A stretch of 32,000 nucleotides of DNA from a cyanobacterium endosymbiont of Epithemia turgida isolate EtSB Lake Yunoko (GTDB lineage Bacteria > Cyanobacteriota > Cyanobacteriia > Cyanobacteriales > Microcystaceae), in assembly GCF_000829235.1 (NCBI RefSeq), contig NZ_AP012549.1, positions 2,640,001-2,672,000 of the forward strand. The letters are read 5' to 3'. Each line of letters opens with the position of its first letter. Positions within the stretch are counted from its first letter, which is position 1. The position numbers and the translations under genes are program-made. This document shows, in pieces, positions 28,670 through 32,000 of the stretch. The notes beneath the pieces were generated by a model. The model worked only from the letters and a program-made list of their open reading frames with translations. It ran no database searches and had not been told where the DNA came from.

Positions 28670-29300
28670 TGGAGAAAAGGGGAAGTGAAAACTCCATATG
28701 CTATAAGTCTTATTTATTGACATCTGATGCTCTAGAGATAAAATCTCGTCCCGCTCTTACTGAAATATTTTGTGATCTAAATCACTATCTATCAAAGATT
28801 CTTCCCTTTTATAAAAAACATTTCCTAATGTGATCAACTAAAGATGTTACTGTGCTGTTTTTTACAGATTTACGGAAGTCTTTGGTTAGGCTTACACTGG
28901 AGTGAACTAAGTTTTTCAAGGCTTAATTAGATAGGACTAAAAGTCTATGATATAGAATTTAAAGTTTAAACTACATTTAATTGTAAACAACCACTCTAGA
29001 TTATTGGCTTTGAACTTAACTCCAGGCAATACAGATGACAGTAAATGTATTTATGCGTTAAGGCGAGATTTAATTAGTAAATCATTAGGATACCGAGGAT
29101 ATATTACTCAATAACTTTTTGAGGCTCTCTATCAACAATGACTTTAATTAATTACTCGTTATCGATCAAACATGAAGTAAAAGTTAGTAAAACTAATTGG
29201 TAAATTTTTACTTAGTCGGCATTCTTTGATTGAAACGGTTAATGACCAACTTAAAAATCTCTCTCATATTGTGTATCCGAGACTATCAAGATCTATATTC
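28670..29300 (+). mobile_element. Decayed IS copy B (same element as copy A, opposite orientation); start codon mutated, multiple stops and deletions
   Basis: (ATA at 28738)KSRPALTEIFCDLNHYLSKILPFYKKHFLM*; later LALNLTPGNTDDSKCIYALRRDLISKSLGYRGYITQ*LFEALYQQ*L*LITRYRSNMK*KLVKLIGKFLLSRHSLIETVNDQLKNLSHIVYPR. This has the DDE-transposase C-terminal pattern (LTPGNxDD...GDxGYIS...LITxxRxNMK...IETVNDQLKN). Confidence 0.7.
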
Positions 29301-29321
29301 ATAAAATAAAAATTCATAAAA

Positions 29322-30212
29322 CTAAATAAAAGTAATCAGTATCATGAAAAAGCTATCTTGGCTGTATTGGTTTTTAATAAAAATTTCTTTTCCTTTTCTA
29401 GCTTTTCCTTGTTTATAATTATTCATACTATATTGAAATTCCGAATTAATAATATTAAAATCTTTGAAGTTATCTTTTATTTCTTCATAGTTGTCATAAC
29501 TAATTAACCATTTATGTTGACAATTTACTAAACTTTGAGCAAATCTTTGATGATCGAAAGAGATATGTCAATTGCCATTTTTTCCATATAATTTAGATTT
29601 AGCAGCAGCTAAATAAGGAGTATCTAAAAAAATAAATACTTGATCTTTTCCTGTATTAACAACTTCACTGTAATCTAAATTGGTAATTCTAATATCTTTT
29701 AAAATAGTTTCTAAATTTTAAGGTGATCAATAGAAGAATCAGTAAATCTAGTTAAAAAAGATTGATTTTAAAATCCCCCAGATTCTACAGTTCCTGAGAA
29801 AGTAATTCTATTTAAAATAAAAAAACGAACTGCTCTTTCAAAATCTAATAAGTATTCAACGTTAACCGAAGTTAATTTGTTGAAAACTTTTCGACCATCA
29901 GTACAATTTAATTTAATCTCACACAAAGCAATCATTAATTCTTTTAGATCTGATTGAGCGATCTTCCAAAACAAGTATAATTCGTGGTTTAAATCATTAA
30001 TCCAAATATCAAGTTTAGGATAAGTTTGTTTAAGATAAATGAACATTGAGCCCCCATCAGAAAACGGTTCCCGATATTCTGTATACTTAGATAAATTTTT
30101 AGGAAGATGTTGAATAATTTGGTTGAATAATTTGTTTGATAGCCTTTTATTTCCCCCCAGAAAAGCGTAAAGGACTTTTAACTAAACTCTTTTTTTGAGA
30201 TGTTCTCGTCAT
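29322..30212 (-). pseudogene. Dam-type (D12 class) N6-adenine DNA methyltransferase pseudogene; frameshifts and in-frame stops
   Basis: MTRTSQKKSLVKSPLRFSGGK* (ATG at 30212), then a shift at the g6a3 run to GGNKRLSNKLFNQIIQHLPKNLSKYTEYREPFSDGGSMFIYL...INDLN...RAVRFFILNRITFSGTVESGGF* (track ORF 29768..30046). It continues NQSFLTRFTDSSIDHLK, (shift) NLETILKDIRITNLDYSEVV..FIFLDTPYLAAAKSKLYGKNGN*HISFDHQRFAQSLVNCQHKWLISYDN... Motif IV reads DTPY instead of DPPY. Confidence 0.8.
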
Positions 30213-30235
30213 ATAATTTTAATTATAAATTAATA

Positions 30236-30877
30236 TCAATTAACTACTGACATACCATAAAAAGGCATCACATCTGACCAATGAGGGCGTTTACCCTGTT
30301 GCCAATCATAATAAGCTAATTTGAGAAGACTAGTCACAGTAAAACCTAATTTTTTAGGGGTGACTAAAGGTTTTTTATTAAAATTTAAATGTTGTATTTT
30401 TTGTCCCCAAATATTAGGCTCAATCACCATATCAGGTAAAGTAAGAATAAATTTTTGGTTTTGATTTATAACTTTATAAATAGCGACATACAATTTTTCA
30501 CGTGAGGCTGACATTTGAACAGGAATTAACGAATTAACGGAATAATTATCTTTATTTTGCCAAGCAAAAGCTTCTAAAGTTGAAATGCCAAAAAGGGGAA
30601 TATTCAACTGCTGTGCCAACGTCCGTGCTGTAACTACACCAATACGAGTACTGGTAAAACTTCCTGGCCCTTTTGCAACAGCAATAAATGCCAATTTCTC
30701 CAAAACTTTGTAGCTAATAAATTCAACTAAATGTTGATGTAAGTAGGTAGATAGTTCGTGATCAACATCCCAAGTTTTAAAACGGGTTTCTTTTGAAAAA
30801 TCACTAATACTTAGTCCAAGCTGAAAGCTAGTTGTATGTAAAGCAAGACCGTACTGAGAAGAAGTAAAGTTAGACAT
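30236..30877 (-). CDS. tsaB: tRNA threonylcarbamoyladenosine (t6A) biosynthesis protein TsaB (YeaZ)
   Basis: 213-aa ORF with GLALHTTSFQLGLSI and IAVAKGPGSFTSTRIGVVTARTLAQQLNIPLFGISTLEA. Confidence 0.85.
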   Translation of the reverse strand: MSNFTSSQYGLALHTTSFQLGLSISDFSKETRFKTWDVDHELSTYLHQHLVEFISYKVLEKLAFIAVAKGPGSFTSTRIGVVTARTLAQQLNIPLFGISTLEAFAWQNKDNYSVNSLIPVQMSASREKLYVAIYKVINQNQKFILTLPDMVIEPNIWGQKIQHLNFNKKPLVTPKKLGFTVTSLLKLAYYDWQQGKRPHWSDVMPFYGMSVVN

Positions 30878-31220
30878 TTGATGTTAATAGTAATCAAGAT
30901 TAAGGAGCTGGTCTATTAAATACTAGAATCTTAGATATAGCGTCAGTTAATTATTCATAAATATAAATTAATTCATATAATTTAATCAAATATAACACCT
31001 CATAAGATATAGTGATTTATAAAGACATTACTTAACTTATAGCTATTACTTAAACCAATGAATTAGATTTTTATATAAATTCTTTTCTCTGTTTATCCCA
31101 TCTAAAAAATCAAAGATTGAATCGAGGTAAAATCTAAATAAATATCGGTCTTCTCTCTAAACCTATTAGTTATAATACAATGGTATATTGAGCTTAGCGT
31201 GACTTTACTAAGAGAAACCT

Positions 31221-32000
31221 GTGAGAAACTCCGTCGATCTTCACACCCCCGAGGCGTTTGATTATAATGAGTTTGATACCTATGTCATGCGCACCTATGA
31301 GCGTTTCCCTATTGCTATCGAAAAGGGGCAAGGGTGTCGTCTCTGGGATACTGAGGGACGAGAATATTTAGACTTTGTCGCAGGAATTGCCACTTGTACT
31401 CTTGGCCACGCCCATCCTGCTTTAATCGAAACAGTTACCCAACAAATACAAAAACTCCACCACGCCTCGAATTTTTACTATATTCCCGAACAGGGAGCTT
31501 TAGCTAAGTGGCTTGTGGATTATTCCTGTGCTGATAGCGTCTTTTTCTGCAATTCTGGTGCAGAAGCTAATGAAGCAGCCATTAAACTAGTCAGAAAATA
31601 CGCCCATACGGTGCTAGACTCCTGCGAACAGCCCGTAATTCTAACCGCTAAAAGCAGTTTTCACGGGCGCACCCTAGCCACTATTAGTGCTACTGGACAA
31701 CCCAAGTATCAAAAAGATTTTGACCCCTTAGTGCCTGGATTTGTCTATGTCCCCTACAACGATATCAAAACGGTGGAAGACACGATTACTGACCTACATA
31801 AAAAGAACAGTCGAGTAGTTGCTGTCATGTTAGAACCTCTTCAAGGAGAGGGAGGAGTTCGTCCAGGAGATTTAGAGTATTTTCTGCAGTTGCGGAAAAT
31901 TTGTGATGAAAATAATATTCTTTTAGTATTTGATGAAGTCCAAGTCGGGATAGGCCGTTCCGGCAAATTGTGGGGTTACGAATATTTAGGGGTTGAACCA
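31221..32000 (+). CDS. argD: Acetylornithine aminotransferase (class III aminotransferase), 5' part; runs off the window end
   Basis: The frame opens after the TAA at 31209-31211; the first start is GTG at 31221. VMRTYERFPIAIEKGQGCRLWDTEGREYLDFVAGIATCTLGHAHPAL, FFCNSGAEANEAAIKL, FHGRTLAT, LEPLQGEGGV, LLVFDEVQVGIGRSGKLWGYE. Confidence 0.9.
   Translation, partial: MRNSVDLHTPEAFDYNEFDTYVMRTYERFPIAIEKGQGCRLWDTEGREYLDFVAGIATCTLGHAHPALIETVTQQIQKLHHASNFYYIPEQGALAKWLVDYSCADSVFFCNSGAEANEAAIKLVRKYAHTVLDSCEQPVILTAKSSFHGRTLATISATGQPKYQKDFDPLVPGFVYVPYNDIKTVEDTITDLHKKNSRVVAVMLEPLQGEGGVRPGDLEYFLQLRKICDENNILLVFDEVQVGIGRSGKLWGYEYLGVEP

Noticed and set aside
1-32000. Search for tRNA/rRNA/tmRNA/RNase P signatures, CRISPR repeats, and defence or secretion gene clusters
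   Set aside because: I saw no T-loop-type GTTCRANYC context with an acceptor stem, no regularly spaced direct repeats, and no multi-gene accessory cluster. Only one perfect HIP1 (GCGATCGC, near 27215) was seen. A by-eye scan could miss small RNAs.

Overview
AT-rich cyanobacterial chromosome segment. The protein sequences resemble orthologues from unicellular Cyanothece/Crocosphaera-type cyanobacteria, but I cannot name the organism from sequence alone. I count 17 apparently intact genes, mostly housekeeping: a VKOR-thioredoxin fusion, btpA, a TIGR03492-like lipid-A-disaccharide-synthase-related protein, a small LuxR/PedR-like regulator, an S1-domain protein, a creatininase-family protein, an OmpR-type response regulator with a PAS histidine kinase, a phosphohexomutase, carB, a GuaB3-type IMPDH-family protein, YceD/DUF177, chorismate lyase, truB, one secreted/membrane hypothetical, tsaB, and the 5' part of argD. 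These are interleaved with 5 clear pseudogenes (AsnB-type asparagine synthetase, a class I SAM methyltransferase, a saccharopine-dehydrogenase-like oxidoreductase, a class I/II aminotransferase, a Dam-type DNA methyltransferase). There are also two decayed copies of one IS in inverted orientation, one uncertain ORF remnant, and about 5 kb of ORF-free DNA at roughly 12-13% G+C (hand counts on single 60-nt lines) in four blocks. Together this looks like ongoing reductive genome evolution of the kind seen in obligate cyanobacterial endosymbionts. I found no tRNA, rRNA or CRISPR array, and no convincing multi-gene novel system. The least explained signals are long perfect hairpins and palindromes with G/C-containing stems inside the AT-rich blocks, and a palindromic junction at a truncated gene end. 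Six ORFs in the supplied track (3806..4027, 13401..13793, 13797..14069, 25136..25576, 25786..25968, 29768..30046) are pseudogene fragments rather than hypothetical proteins. All homology statements come from remembered family motifs and hand translation; no database search was run.
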